A stretch of DNA of 64,000 nt from Abditibacterium sp. (GTDB lineage Bacteria; Armatimonadota; Abditibacteriia; Abditibacteriales; Abditibacteriaceae), in contig CBDASK010000003.1 of the NCBI GenBank assembly GCA_965199495.1, positions 1,088,001 through 1,152,000 of the forward strand. Direction: 5' to 3'. Positions 56,085-64,000 of this stretch are shown here, piece after piece (the first letter of the stretch is position 1; each line of letters opens with the position of its first letter). The translations under genes and the position numbers were made by a program. The notes under the pieces were generated by a model. It saw only the letters and a list, made by a program, of their open reading frames with translations, was not told the DNA's origin and did no database searches.

Positions 56085-56339
56085 CCTTTCAACTCTCGCG
56101 GAAAACCAGAAAGAACTCCTTCCTCAGCAAAAAGATGGCAGCGTCCATTTGAGACATGGAAACACGAGGTCGTGCCATCGTCTCACAGAACTCATAGATT
56201 TTGGGGGAAGGAAGAGGAGTAACTGGCTCAAGTCTTCGCAACGGACAAAAGAGCAAAAACTAAAGCTGCTACCGGGGCACAAATTACCCTATTATTAAGT
56301 AACATGGACGGGAAAGGCTTATCTTTCGCCTGGCGTCAG

Positions 56340-56672
56340 TTATCGAGGGGAGGTCTCGTTTTCCGAGATGGCGTTCTTCTGCCTTAGCGCTTTCACGGCG
56401 TCGGCCACAGTTGAGGCGAACTGCGTGAAATCCAATTTCAGCGCGTCGCAATAGTCCAACAGCTCCACGATATTGATCTCGCGCTCACCGTGTTCGACTT
56501 TATGAGGGAAGGCGGCGGGCTTGCCCAGACGAGCAGCCACCTCGCGCTGCGTCAGACCAGATTTCTGACGAGCTTCCAATAACAGACTTGCCACCAATTT
56601 ATATTCGTCGCTGTGAGCTGAACGGGGGCGTAAGTGAATGACCTTTGACCTCAACAGGTCATTCTGAACCAT
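56340..56672 (-). CDS. XRE family HTH regulator
   Basis: ARQKSGLTQREVAARLGKP...KVEHGER. Confidence 0.88.
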   Translation of the reverse strand: MVQNDLLRSKVIHLRPRSAHSDEYKLVASLLLEARQKSGLTQREVAARLGKPAAFPHKVEHGEREINIVELLDYCDALKLDFTQFASTVADAVKALRQKNAISENETSPR

Positions 56673-56917
56673 TTACCCCTTGCTCCTAAATTGGAAGCAC
56701 AGAAAGTCGATTGAAGGTAAACTTTAGTAGGAAAGAGAGGAGAAACAAAAACCTTTTTAAGTTCGATGAATTCCGCTTCGTTTCTGGTAGCAAGGATTCA
56801 ATCCAGACAGGAAAACACGATTAACACCGAAGTATCTGACTAAATTGAAAACAATGATTTCATTACTACTTAAGCGATTAGACGACGAAGTTCATCCTCT
56901 CGGCACCGACTCACATT

Positions 56918-57433
56918 ATGACACCACAATCAACTCACGCCATCGAGAACGGCATTAGAATCGAAGAAGAACTCTCGGCTCTTGCGAAGCGAATCCTAAT
57001 GCTACGTTGCAGATATCAAGAAGCATTAGCGCATAAAGAAAAGGTGGTAGAAGAGGCCATTCAGCGCGCCGATTCTCTACGTGCCGAAGAAAAGGCCGTC
57101 TGGGAACAACACGAGAGCTATGTATCCGAAATCTTGGCCCATCGAGAAGAGCTAACAGGAGTTCCCGACTTTACGTGCCGATTCGGCACTTTTTCTCTTC
57201 GAGACACACCGCCAATAGTTACCGTTTCGGACATGAACGATTTACAAAAGTGGATGGGAGATTTTCTCGCAAACCTCATGCTTTTGTATTCTGCGCTCCC
57301 CCAAGACCGGCGCACCAAAAAGGACTTTTATGGGATGACATCTCCCATGCTAACCGATTTTTACAATCGCACGGGCGTGCTACCTGATGGATGCGAGCTG
57401 TCTTCATCGTGCAGGAAACCAGTTCTTCAATGA
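56918..57433 (+). CDS. Putative Mu Gam/Gp157-like protein
   Basis: N-terminal coiled coil, then FGTFSLRDTPPIVTVSD and TGVLPDGCEL. Confidence 0.5.
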   Translation: MTPQSTHAIENGIRIEEELSALAKRILMLRCRYQEALAHKEKVVEEAIQRADSLRAEEKAVWEQHESYVSEILAHREELTGVPDFTCRFGTFSLRDTPPIVTVSDMNDLQKWMGDFLANLMLLYSALPQDRRTKKDFYGMTSPMLTDFYNRTGVLPDGCELSSSCRKPVLQ

Positions 57434-57479
57434 GCTTACGCCTAATTCTCTTGACAACTTCAACCCCTCCAATAAACCA

Positions 57480-58292
57480 ATGTCCCATCCCTCAACTGAC
57501 GTAATAGAACTTCAAGCCCTCTCTGCCCACGTAAAAACGCTGGGCCACGATATGACGGTGTTTTACCACGAGACTTACGACGAAATAGACGATGCGCGTC
57601 AAAACGCCTGTTGCAAAAGATGCGGGAGAAAACTCTCTTACGGAGGTGCAGACTATGACAACGACGCAATGAAGTTCCCCTGCCTCCCCGATGAGGAACG
57701 CGCACGGGAATCAAGCGCGTGGCTCACTGGTGCTTCACCCCGTCTACTGCTTGAACGCCTAACCCAAGAAGTCGCAAAACTTCCCATTGAACTTCAACGA
57801 CTATTCGATCCCGGGCACTTCGATGCAGGGCGGGAGCGCCTCGATTCAGAAGACTGGATTTGGCGGCTGAAATGGTATTTGCGGGATCGACCTCAAGACC
57901 CAATCAGCGCAAGTAATCCGCAGCCCCCAGGTGGCATTGTCGAGTTGGAGCGCTTGGTGTCCAAGGAAAATATCTTCAAAGCCCGCTACATTGGGCCAAA
58001 AGTTAATCCCAATATCGGCGACAATCCCGACTACTGGTTGGTAGAGGAACTTGATACGGATACCGATGGTATCGCCTACCAAGACGAAGGAGGCGTGTGG
58101 CGCTTTCGGCGCATCACAGGAGCCGTCGGTTATCGCGTTCCCTACGAACATCTTCGACTTCTGCCCGCTGAAAACCAGGTGTTAGAGCCGGTATCGGAAG
58201 AGGACGAGGACAGCGAGAGGGGCGATTTCTATTTCAACGACTCGCCGATGACTTCGGGCGATGAACTCGATCCGATGTCGGGAGGGTTTTAG
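57480..58292 (+). CDS. Hypothetical protein (CxxC)
   Basis: Long ORF within the operon; likely start MSHPST. Confidence 0.6.
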   Translation: MSHPSTDVIELQALSAHVKTLGHDMTVFYHETYDEIDDARQNACCKRCGRKLSYGGADYDNDAMKFPCLPDEERARESSAWLTGASPRLLLERLTQEVAKLPIELQRLFDPGHFDAGRERLDSEDWIWRLKWYLRDRPQDPISASNPQPPGGIVELERLVSKENIFKARYIGPKVNPNIGDNPDYWLVEELDTDTDGIAYQDEGGVWRFRRITGAVGYRVPYEHLRLLPAENQVLEPVSEEDEDSERGDFYFNDSPMTSGDELDPMSGGF

Positions 58293-58295
58293 CCT

Positions 58296-58625
58296 GTGAG
58301 CCAAATCAAAGGCGGTAAGACCGTTTCTCGCCAGAACTTCTCGATGCACCCCGAACTGATGAAAGCGATCTTTGAAACGGCCAGCATAATGTCCGCCCAA
58401 AGAAGCGAAGAAATCCTCGAAAACCGTTCGATGCGCGTGACCTACTCCAAAGTTGTGGCGGCACTGGTTTTCGATGCTTTAGAGCGCGGCCTCATCCAAA
58501 ACGAGGGAGAGAAGTTCATCCCAACCGCAGCGATGGATGAACTCATCGTGCGCTTTGAGTGCAGCGACTACGAACAAGTAATTCCCGTTGAACCCAAAAA
58601 GCCTCAAGGAGGAAAAAGTGGCTAA
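58296..58625 (+). CDS. Hypothetical protein, possibly RHH-like
   Basis: ggagg RBS; QNFSMHPEL...YSKVVAALV. Confidence 0.55.
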   Translation: MSQIKGGKTVSRQNFSMHPELMKAIFETASIMSAQRSEEILENRSMRVTYSKVVAALVFDALERGLIQNEGEKFIPTAAMDELIVRFECSDYEQVIPVEPKKPQGGKSG

Positions 58626-59070
58626 TTTACCGCTCTTCGAAGTGACGGTTTCAGAGTTATCAATTCAAGGCGTGATAGGTTTCACTGGAACTCAGCACGG
58701 CTTAACGGAACTACAAAAGCATGGAATTAAAAGCTACTTGCAGCAGTTACAGCCTCGTGAAGTGCATCATGGTGATTGTATCGGTGCAGACGCTCAATTT
58801 CATGCGCTGGTGCGAGAGGTATTGCCTGAGACTCGAATCGTGATTCATCCGCCGCTCAGTGAGAGCAAGAGAGCGTTTTGCGATGGCGACGAAACCAAAG
58901 AGGCTCGTGCTTATCTCAAACGTAACCGAGACATCGTGCGCGACAGCGACGTTCTGTTGGCCGCTCCACAATCGCCAGAAGAAATTTTACGCTCCGGCAC
59001 ATGGGCCACGATCCGCTTTGCCAGGAAGCGCAACTCTCCCGTCATCTTGGTGCCACCGGACACCACTTAA
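58618..59070 (+). CDS. SLOG superfamily protein (YspA/DprA-like Rossmannoid fold)
   Basis: IGFTGT, HHGDCIGAD, RNRDIV and SGTWATIRFA motifs; ggagg RBS with GTG start. Confidence 0.8.
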   Translation: MANLPLFEVTVSELSIQGVIGFTGTQHGLTELQKHGIKSYLQQLQPREVHHGDCIGADAQFHALVREVLPETRIVIHPPLSESKRAFCDGDETKEARAYLKRNRDIVRDSDVLLAAPQSPEEILRSGTWATIRFARKRNSPVILVPPDTT

Positions 59071-59092
59071 AAACTGAATCACCAACTGCTCC

Positions 59093-59130
59093 CAAACGAC
59101 GCTTGTTCTTTTATGAACGAGCGTCGTTTG
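59093..59130 (+). terminator. Probable terminator
   Basis: caaacgacgcttgttc-ttttat-gaacgagcgtcgtttg. Confidence 0.65.
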
Positions 59131-59192
59131 CGTTTGAAAAAGAGGTTTTTAGGAGTTTTCATTAGCCCTAATAAAGTCTCAAACCTGCTCTC

Positions 59193-60404
59193 ATGGAACA
59201 TTCCCTTTTGTCATCATTGCCCTCAGCATCTTCCCCTTCCCCTCCTCCCAATCAGCAGCATATCGCCACCGTAGAGGAGCAAACGAGGTATCCCGATGCA
59301 AGTGACTTCTCTTTCCGGGAGAATAAATCTCCCGCTTCGCAAGTTCGTCTCGGAGCCACCGGAATAGACACGCTCAAATTGTTCTTTCCTTTGCGACTCA
59401 ACCGTCGCCCTGATTTTCACGTTCTCCAGCGCAATCAGACGCGGGGACGTGATGTAGGGGAAGGTTATCTGTGGCGCGATCCAACGGGAAAACTCGCCTA
59501 CGGTTCAATTGCCGTGCGACGTTCGGGAGAGTTCCGCTTTCGCATCGGCCCCGTCGGAACGGAAACAAAGCTGCGCGCCTTCTTCTCCGCTTCCACTGCC
59601 ACCTTTGGCAATAATACCTACGCAATTACCCAAGCAGAGCTACAAAGTGCCTTAGAACGCATGGAAAGCACACTCTACGATTTGGGATTAGATGTGAACT
59701 GGCGCGAAGGACAAGTTTCACGCGTTGATGTGCATCGAGATGTCTCGTTACCTCGCCCCTTCCACTACTACTTGGCCGCCCTCCAAATCATCGAACCTCG
59801 CTATGGGCGCATCTTCCAGAATTTCCCTACTGGCGTGCTACGCGGAGCCGCCACGCGCTTGGTTTATAATCTCTACGATAAACGAGCGCAGTGCCGCCAT
59901 CGTGCTATTTCACCACCGCCAGAGACAGATTCTTATCCGGCGTGGCTCCGCTGCGAAGCCCGTCTCCCGACCGCCTCCGCCGTTCGCAGTGCGTTAAATA
60001 TCGGCACTGCCGGAGAATTAGTAGAAGTCTTCGACCAGCTCCCGAATTGGTTGAGTGAACGTATCGGCCAAGACCTTCTCCACGAAGCAGTGCCCGATTA
60101 CATAGGGATGCCCAAAATGGCAAGCCCCACTTTTACGCCGGAAGATGAGACGTGGTGGGCAGCACAACTTCTGGGAGAGGCCGAGGGTTTGCGAGACCGT
60201 CTCGCTCTAATCGCTTTGCGCCTTGCTTCTTCAACGATTGGGCCGCAGAGATTTTGGGAATTAGCCAGGCAAGAGGATTGGAGCCAGAGCCTGCAAGTCA
60301 CTAAACACCGTAAGCATCTGAGACAAGTGGCGATGAACTCTTTCTCTGATGAAATGATTCCCGTCGCCCAACTTTATCGCGAATTGAAAGTAGCGTTGCT
60401 TTAA
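59193..60404 (+). CDS. Rolling-circle replication initiator-like protein (phage gene II/X, Rep_trans-like)
   Basis: IDTL, FGNN, VSRVDV, LYDK and LRCEARL motifs. Confidence 0.7.
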   Translation: MEHSLLSSLPSASSPSPPPNQQHIATVEEQTRYPDASDFSFRENKSPASQVRLGATGIDTLKLFFPLRLNRRPDFHVLQRNQTRGRDVGEGYLWRDPTGKLAYGSIAVRRSGEFRFRIGPVGTETKLRAFFSASTATFGNNTYAITQAELQSALERMESTLYDLGLDVNWREGQVSRVDVHRDVSLPRPFHYYLAALQIIEPRYGRIFQNFPTGVLRGAATRLVYNLYDKRAQCRHRAISPPPETDSYPAWLRCEARLPTASAVRSALNIGTAGELVEVFDQLPNWLSERIGQDLLHEAVPDYIGMPKMASPTFTPEDETWWAAQLLGEAEGLRDRLALIALRLASSTIGPQRFWELARQEDWSQSLQVTKHRKHLRQVAMNSFSDEMIPVAQLYRELKVALL

Positions 60405-60487
60405 CCGAATAACAAGAGAGAGAGACCAGTCAAATCACGAAATTTCACAACCGATTTGATAGGGCTAATGTTGTTAACTATAAGCCT

Positions 60488-60886
60488 ATGAATAATAGAA
60501 GCATAACAGTGGGAGGAAATGTCACGAACAGCCCTTTGAGCACTGGAGACAACGCCTTCATTCAGCAATTCAACCAGACGAGCTTGCAAGCGGAAGACGT
60601 AAATATCCAACAAGAGGTCGCTGGTCTACGTGAGATACTCTCGCAACTCCAAACTCCCGATCAAGGAAAAATAGATCGGGCCTTGACTGATGTAGAAGAA
60701 GAGACTGATAAAACTGAGCCTGACAAATCTGAGGTCGAGAAGAGTATCGAGCGCGCGATGGATTACGCAAAGAAAGCCGACGGCTATGCTGAAGTCATGG
60801 AAAAACTGGCGGTGAGATTGCTGCCGATAGCAATATGGTTGGGCTTGAATGCGGACAAATTCACCCAAATCACATCGAGTTTTTAA
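60488..60886 (+). CDS. Hypothetical protein
   Basis: 132 aa; Asn/Gly-rich N-terminus and helical C-terminal bundle. Confidence 0.7.
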   Translation: MNNRSITVGGNVTNSPLSTGDNAFIQQFNQTSLQAEDVNIQQEVAGLREILSQLQTPDQGKIDRALTDVEEETDKTEPDKSEVEKSIERAMDYAKKADGYAEVMEKLAVRLLPIAIWLGLNADKFTQITSSF

Positions 60887-63800
60887 AGTGGTGCGTTGCG
60901 GTAATGGTCGTATACATCATCAAAATTAGAGTTACCTTGGCGAGCCAGTAAGTCCAGCAGTTCGAGAGTGTCTTGGCGTGAGTCCCTGTTTTTAGCAGCC
61001 GTCTCTAAAATGAATCTGGCATTGTCCTCTGATAAATAGGAAGGACGCGTCACATGAGCGCGCATTCGAGAGTAAACGCGGATTGCAATTGTGGGGTCTT
61101 GCTGAACGTGTTTCGCGATGAATCCTTCTAACTCTTCCCATGCGTGCCGAATTCCTTTCTGGCCCTCTAAATGCGGAATGGTATCTAAAAGCAAGGAGCT
61201 AAGGGATGCCAGACTCTCTTCTTCTGGAGCCGCATTCACCAAAAGACAAAGCCACTGCATTTCTTCATCGAAATCGGCGGGATGGCTCTTTTGTGAAGAC
61301 TCGTCGGCACGCCATTGCCAGAACTCACGGACTTTTTGCCACAGCAGCGCCAAAGGCGGTCTTATAATTCCATCTTCTGAATTCTCCTGATTAGCCGCTC
61401 TTTTTTTCTCCTCTGTCATGGTGCGCCAGAGAGTCCATGCGACTTTTCCGCGTTGCTCAGGCGTCGCTTTTTCCATGAAGAGTCTCAGTAGGTTATTAGG
61501 GCCAGCCTCCGAACGCAGATCATACTTCAGGCCAAGTTCTTCGTCGTTGAAATACTCCGCAAACAAATGAACCGCGAAGCTCTCAGTTCGCCGTAGATAC
61601 GTTTTAGTAAGAAATCCCAATTCCATCGCTTCGATTGCTTGAACGTAGATCGGGCGCATTTTGTCGAACAGCGGTAGGTAAAGTTGAGGATTGCTAACGA
61701 TATAAGAATCCCAAGCGGCAGCGAAATACCAGCGGCTCTCTTTGTCTGTGCCCAAAGGGAAGATGTCGTATAAATGCGCTTCTGTCCATTCTTGATGGAG
61801 CCAGTAAAAGCTGACCAAATGCCGTCCATAAACAGAACGCACAGCATGGCTGGGATCATAGTTCAAATTTAAATGAGTTGTCAAAGTGGCGAGCACTTGT
61901 GGTTCGATGCGTCTTAACCCCGCGCCTATGCGAGGATGACCATCTAAGCCGCGCTCCCAAAGAGTGGATGAGTAGACCTCCAAAGCACTCAAAGCCTCTG
62001 TTCTGACATGGTTAATAGCGACGATAAGCGGGTCTTGATGCCCCAACCAACCCTCTTGTGGTCTGTCGCTCATAGCATCAGGATCAGGGTCTTCAGCGAA
62101 AAGCATTAGCGAATCACGGACGCGGGGTAGAAGGCTATCTGGAATTTTGCGTTGATCTTTCTGAGCCAATCCATTGCTGATCATAGACACCAAACTGCGG
62201 CGCACGTCAGACCAGCCACCGTGGATGTTACGAGTCATATCAACGCTCAATTTTTGGTCAGCGAGAATGCTTTCTGCTAATTGTAAACGCCACTCCCACA
62301 TCTCGTCATCGCTCATAGGAACTAAAAGCATCGCATCGAAGGTCGAGTTAGGCTCAACATTTACGACAATCGCATCCTCTTCTGGCAAAGTGTTCTCAAC
62401 GTCAATTGTAAAAATTTCTCCCGAAGAAATCCCAGAATTATTCTCTTGCGAAGACACAGCTTCTGTTTCAACTGAATCGGAAGATGAATATACGCGACGC
62501 GTTCTTCCACGTCTTGGGTTCCGAATAGAGCCTTGAGTTCCTTTGTGCGATGATTGTTTTGGAAGCTCAGATTCTTCGAGAGAAAAAGTGACGTTGATCA
62601 TTGCCAAAGCCAAAGCTGGGCGCAACTTAAATAACGGCACGATCCAACGGTCGTAATAGAGCAAATTCTGGCGCAGCACATAAGCGATATCACTGGCCAA
62701 TCCATCCCAGTTGACCTCTACAAGACCTCCCCCTTGCAAAGTCGGTGATTCCCAAGTGCTGAGAAAATCCCAGAGTTGCGACGGCGTGTAGCGACTCAGT
62801 TCTTCGCGTGATAACGGACTACTATTAGATACAAAGCCTCCCATCATATAGTTGTTGAAGGAGGGATGTTCGGGCTTCTTAAAGCGTGCAACTATGTCGT
62901 CCAACAAAGTCTTCTCCGCGTTTGGCAGATGCGCCCTTATCATCCATAACCGGTCACGCCGCCACAAATCAAGATAAAGCTGGCGAAACTCCGCAGCATC
63001 CCCGCCCTTAATGGACAACCCCCATTCTACGCTGCTCTCCAAATACTCTTCCGAAGGCCCTCGCAAAATAATATCGAGCGCGGTTCGCTGATCAACCTCA
63101 CTCATCAAAGGAAATCCTTCTGCCAAAACGTTGAAGAATTCGTGGTGAATATCAGAGTCGTGGTAATTATCTGCGTCCAACAATATTTCCGTTACAAACG
63201 GAATCAACTCGCCTGGAAAGAAGCTCAGCAGGTGAATTCCTAAACGGCGCAAAATCTGACGAGGGTGAGCGAGATAACGCTCGATGTGTCCTCGCACATC
63301 CTCTATGTTGTCTTTGCCTTGATCTTGCAACGTGTCGCGCAACAGCTCCAAGAGGAAATCTTTGTGGGAAAACCCGTTATCCTGATCAGATTCTTCAATA
63401 GCCCTCCGCCACCATGTATGATCGGGCGCCTTTCCACTAAAGCCTTGCGTCTCTGCTTCAACATCCAAGGTTTCAAGCAACCGAGCTTCCCACACTTCGC
63501 GCAGAGCCTCAAAATCGCACTGTCGGAGCAGAGAAAAAAGAGGTCTTTCCTCTTTGTTGTCTAAACGCAATCGAGATGTCGTATCCAACACTGACAACGC
63601 GTCTGCGTTGAGGACGTATTCCCCTTCACCTGAACCAGATATAGCTCTTGCATTGCCGTTGGGGTGAGGTTTAGCCAAAGCCTTCAAAAGCTCGAACGCG
63701 GCGGCGTGGCTGTGTCCAACAAGAGCTTCGACCAACTCAAACGCTTCGTAAACCAATGAGGCGGATAGAGCTATGTCTTCGATCCAACTACGCACTAAAA

Positions 63801-64000
63801 ATAAGACAGGTTCGATGTGGTCGGGATCGGTAACTACTAAATTGGTAAGCGCGCGCAAACCAGCCTGTAAGAACCGAACATCAGCCTTTTCAGAATTCAA
63901 GAAATTCAAGTGTTCCAACACATAGTTGGGACGCTTCACAGCGTGGTAAATCAAGAACTCCTGCAAGTCCCAGAAACGGAACCAACCGGAGTTGTCTTCC
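60883..64000 (-). CDS. C-terminal >1030 aa of a very large helical protein (5' end outside the window), possibly defence-related
   Basis: Frame is open to the window edge (EDNSGWFRFWDLQEF...); mostly helical; WRRAIEESDQD motif. Confidence 0.75.
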   Translation of the reverse strand, partial: EDNSGWFRFWDLQEFLIYHAVKRPNYVLEHLNFLNSEKADVRFLQAGLRALTNLVVTDPDHIEPVLFLVRSWIEDIALSASLVYEAFELVEALVGHSHAAAFELLKALAKPHPNGNARAISGSGEGEYVLNADALSVLDTTSRLRLDNKEERPLFSLLRQCDFEALREVWEARLLETLDVEAETQGFSGKAPDHTWWRRAIEESDQDNGFSHKDFLLELLRDTLQDQGKDNIEDVRGHIERYLAHPRQILRRLGIHLLSFFPGELIPFVTEILLDADNYHDSDIHHEFFNVLAEGFPLMSEVDQRTALDIILRGPSEEYLESSVEWGLSIKGGDAAEFRQLYLDLWRRDRLWMIRAHLPNAEKTLLDDIVARFKKPEHPSFNNYMMGGFVSNSSPLSREELSRYTPSQLWDFLSTWESPTLQGGGLVEVNWDGLASDIAYVLRQNLLYYDRWIVPLFKLRPALALAMINVTFSLEESELPKQSSHKGTQGSIRNPRRGRTRRVYSSSDSVETEAVSSQENNSGISSGEIFTIDVENTLPEEDAIVVNVEPNSTFDAMLLVPMSDDEMWEWRLQLAESILADQKLSVDMTRNIHGGWSDVRRSLVSMISNGLAQKDQRKIPDSLLPRVRDSLMLFAEDPDPDAMSDRPQEGWLGHQDPLIVAINHVRTEALSALEVYSSTLWERGLDGHPRIGAGLRRIEPQVLATLTTHLNLNYDPSHAVRSVYGRHLVSFYWLHQEWTEAHLYDIFPLGTDKESRWYFAAAWDSYIVSNPQLYLPLFDKMRPIYVQAIEAMELGFLTKTYLRRTESFAVHLFAEYFNDEELGLKYDLRSEAGPNNLLRLFMEKATPEQRGKVAWTLWRTMTEEKKRAANQENSEDGIIRPPLALLWQKVREFWQWRADESSQKSHPADFDEEMQWLCLLVNAAPEEESLASLSSLLLDTIPHLEGQKGIRHAWEELEGFIAKHVQQDPTIAIRVYSRMRAHVTRPSYLSEDNARFILETAAKNRDSRQDTLELLDLLARQGNSNFDDVYDHYRNAPL

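Larger units (their letters stand above)
33177..64000. mobile_element. Integrative element/genomic island inserted in comM (other end outside the window)
   Basis: Serine recombinase abuts the comM break; composition shifts to lower GC; replication, regulatory and defence cargo follow. Confidence 0.85.

Noticed and set aside
52380..59070. Thoeris system (TIR + SLOG)
   Set aside because: The SLOG protein has no Sir2 or effector domain, lies 5 kb away on the opposite strand, and the TIR is of the coiled-coil TirS/BtpA type rather than ThsB
33177..64000. Intact prophage or self-transmissible ICE
   Set aside because: No terminase, capsid, tail or type IV secretion genes are visible in the window
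1..64000. tRNA/rRNA genes
   Set aside because: No cloverleaf or rRNA-like sequence recognised by eye; a covariance search was not run

Overview
Bacterial chromosomal window in two parts. Positions 1 to ~33.2 kb are GC-rich core and accessory host DNA: birA (partial), nadC, kptA, a DprE1/DprE2-like pair, an MqsR/MqsA-like TA pair, aroC, gltB, sugar-catabolic and CAZyme genes, and many long intergenic palindromes. Gene style suggests an Abditibacterium-like organism, which is inference only. From ~33,177 to beyond the window end lies an integrative element inserted in comM (YifB/Mg-chelatase family) at its NPCPCG codons. The element encodes a large serine recombinase whose ORF runs across the att junction, a primase/RepA-helicase module and a defence operon (type I RM with an embedded TIR protein, an extra half-HsdS, two RelE-type TA pairs, an M48 peptidase, a KAP NTPase and a NucS-like nuclease). 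It also carries a Gam-like/SLOG/rolling-circle Rep module and a very large partial gene. Most notable observations: (1) the non-palindromic motif CAGCCACG/CGTGGCTG recurs about once per kb in host DNA, in several reading frames, and is a candidate uptake-sequence-like or genome-marking signal; (2) the integrase C-terminus is supplied by host comM DNA; (3) a GH2 gene is fused by apparent deletion to the tail of an SspD-like PAPS reductase upstream of a cysteine desulfurase, possibly the relic of a phosphorothioation system. All calls come from reading motifs by eye. No database searches were run and motif counts are manual.
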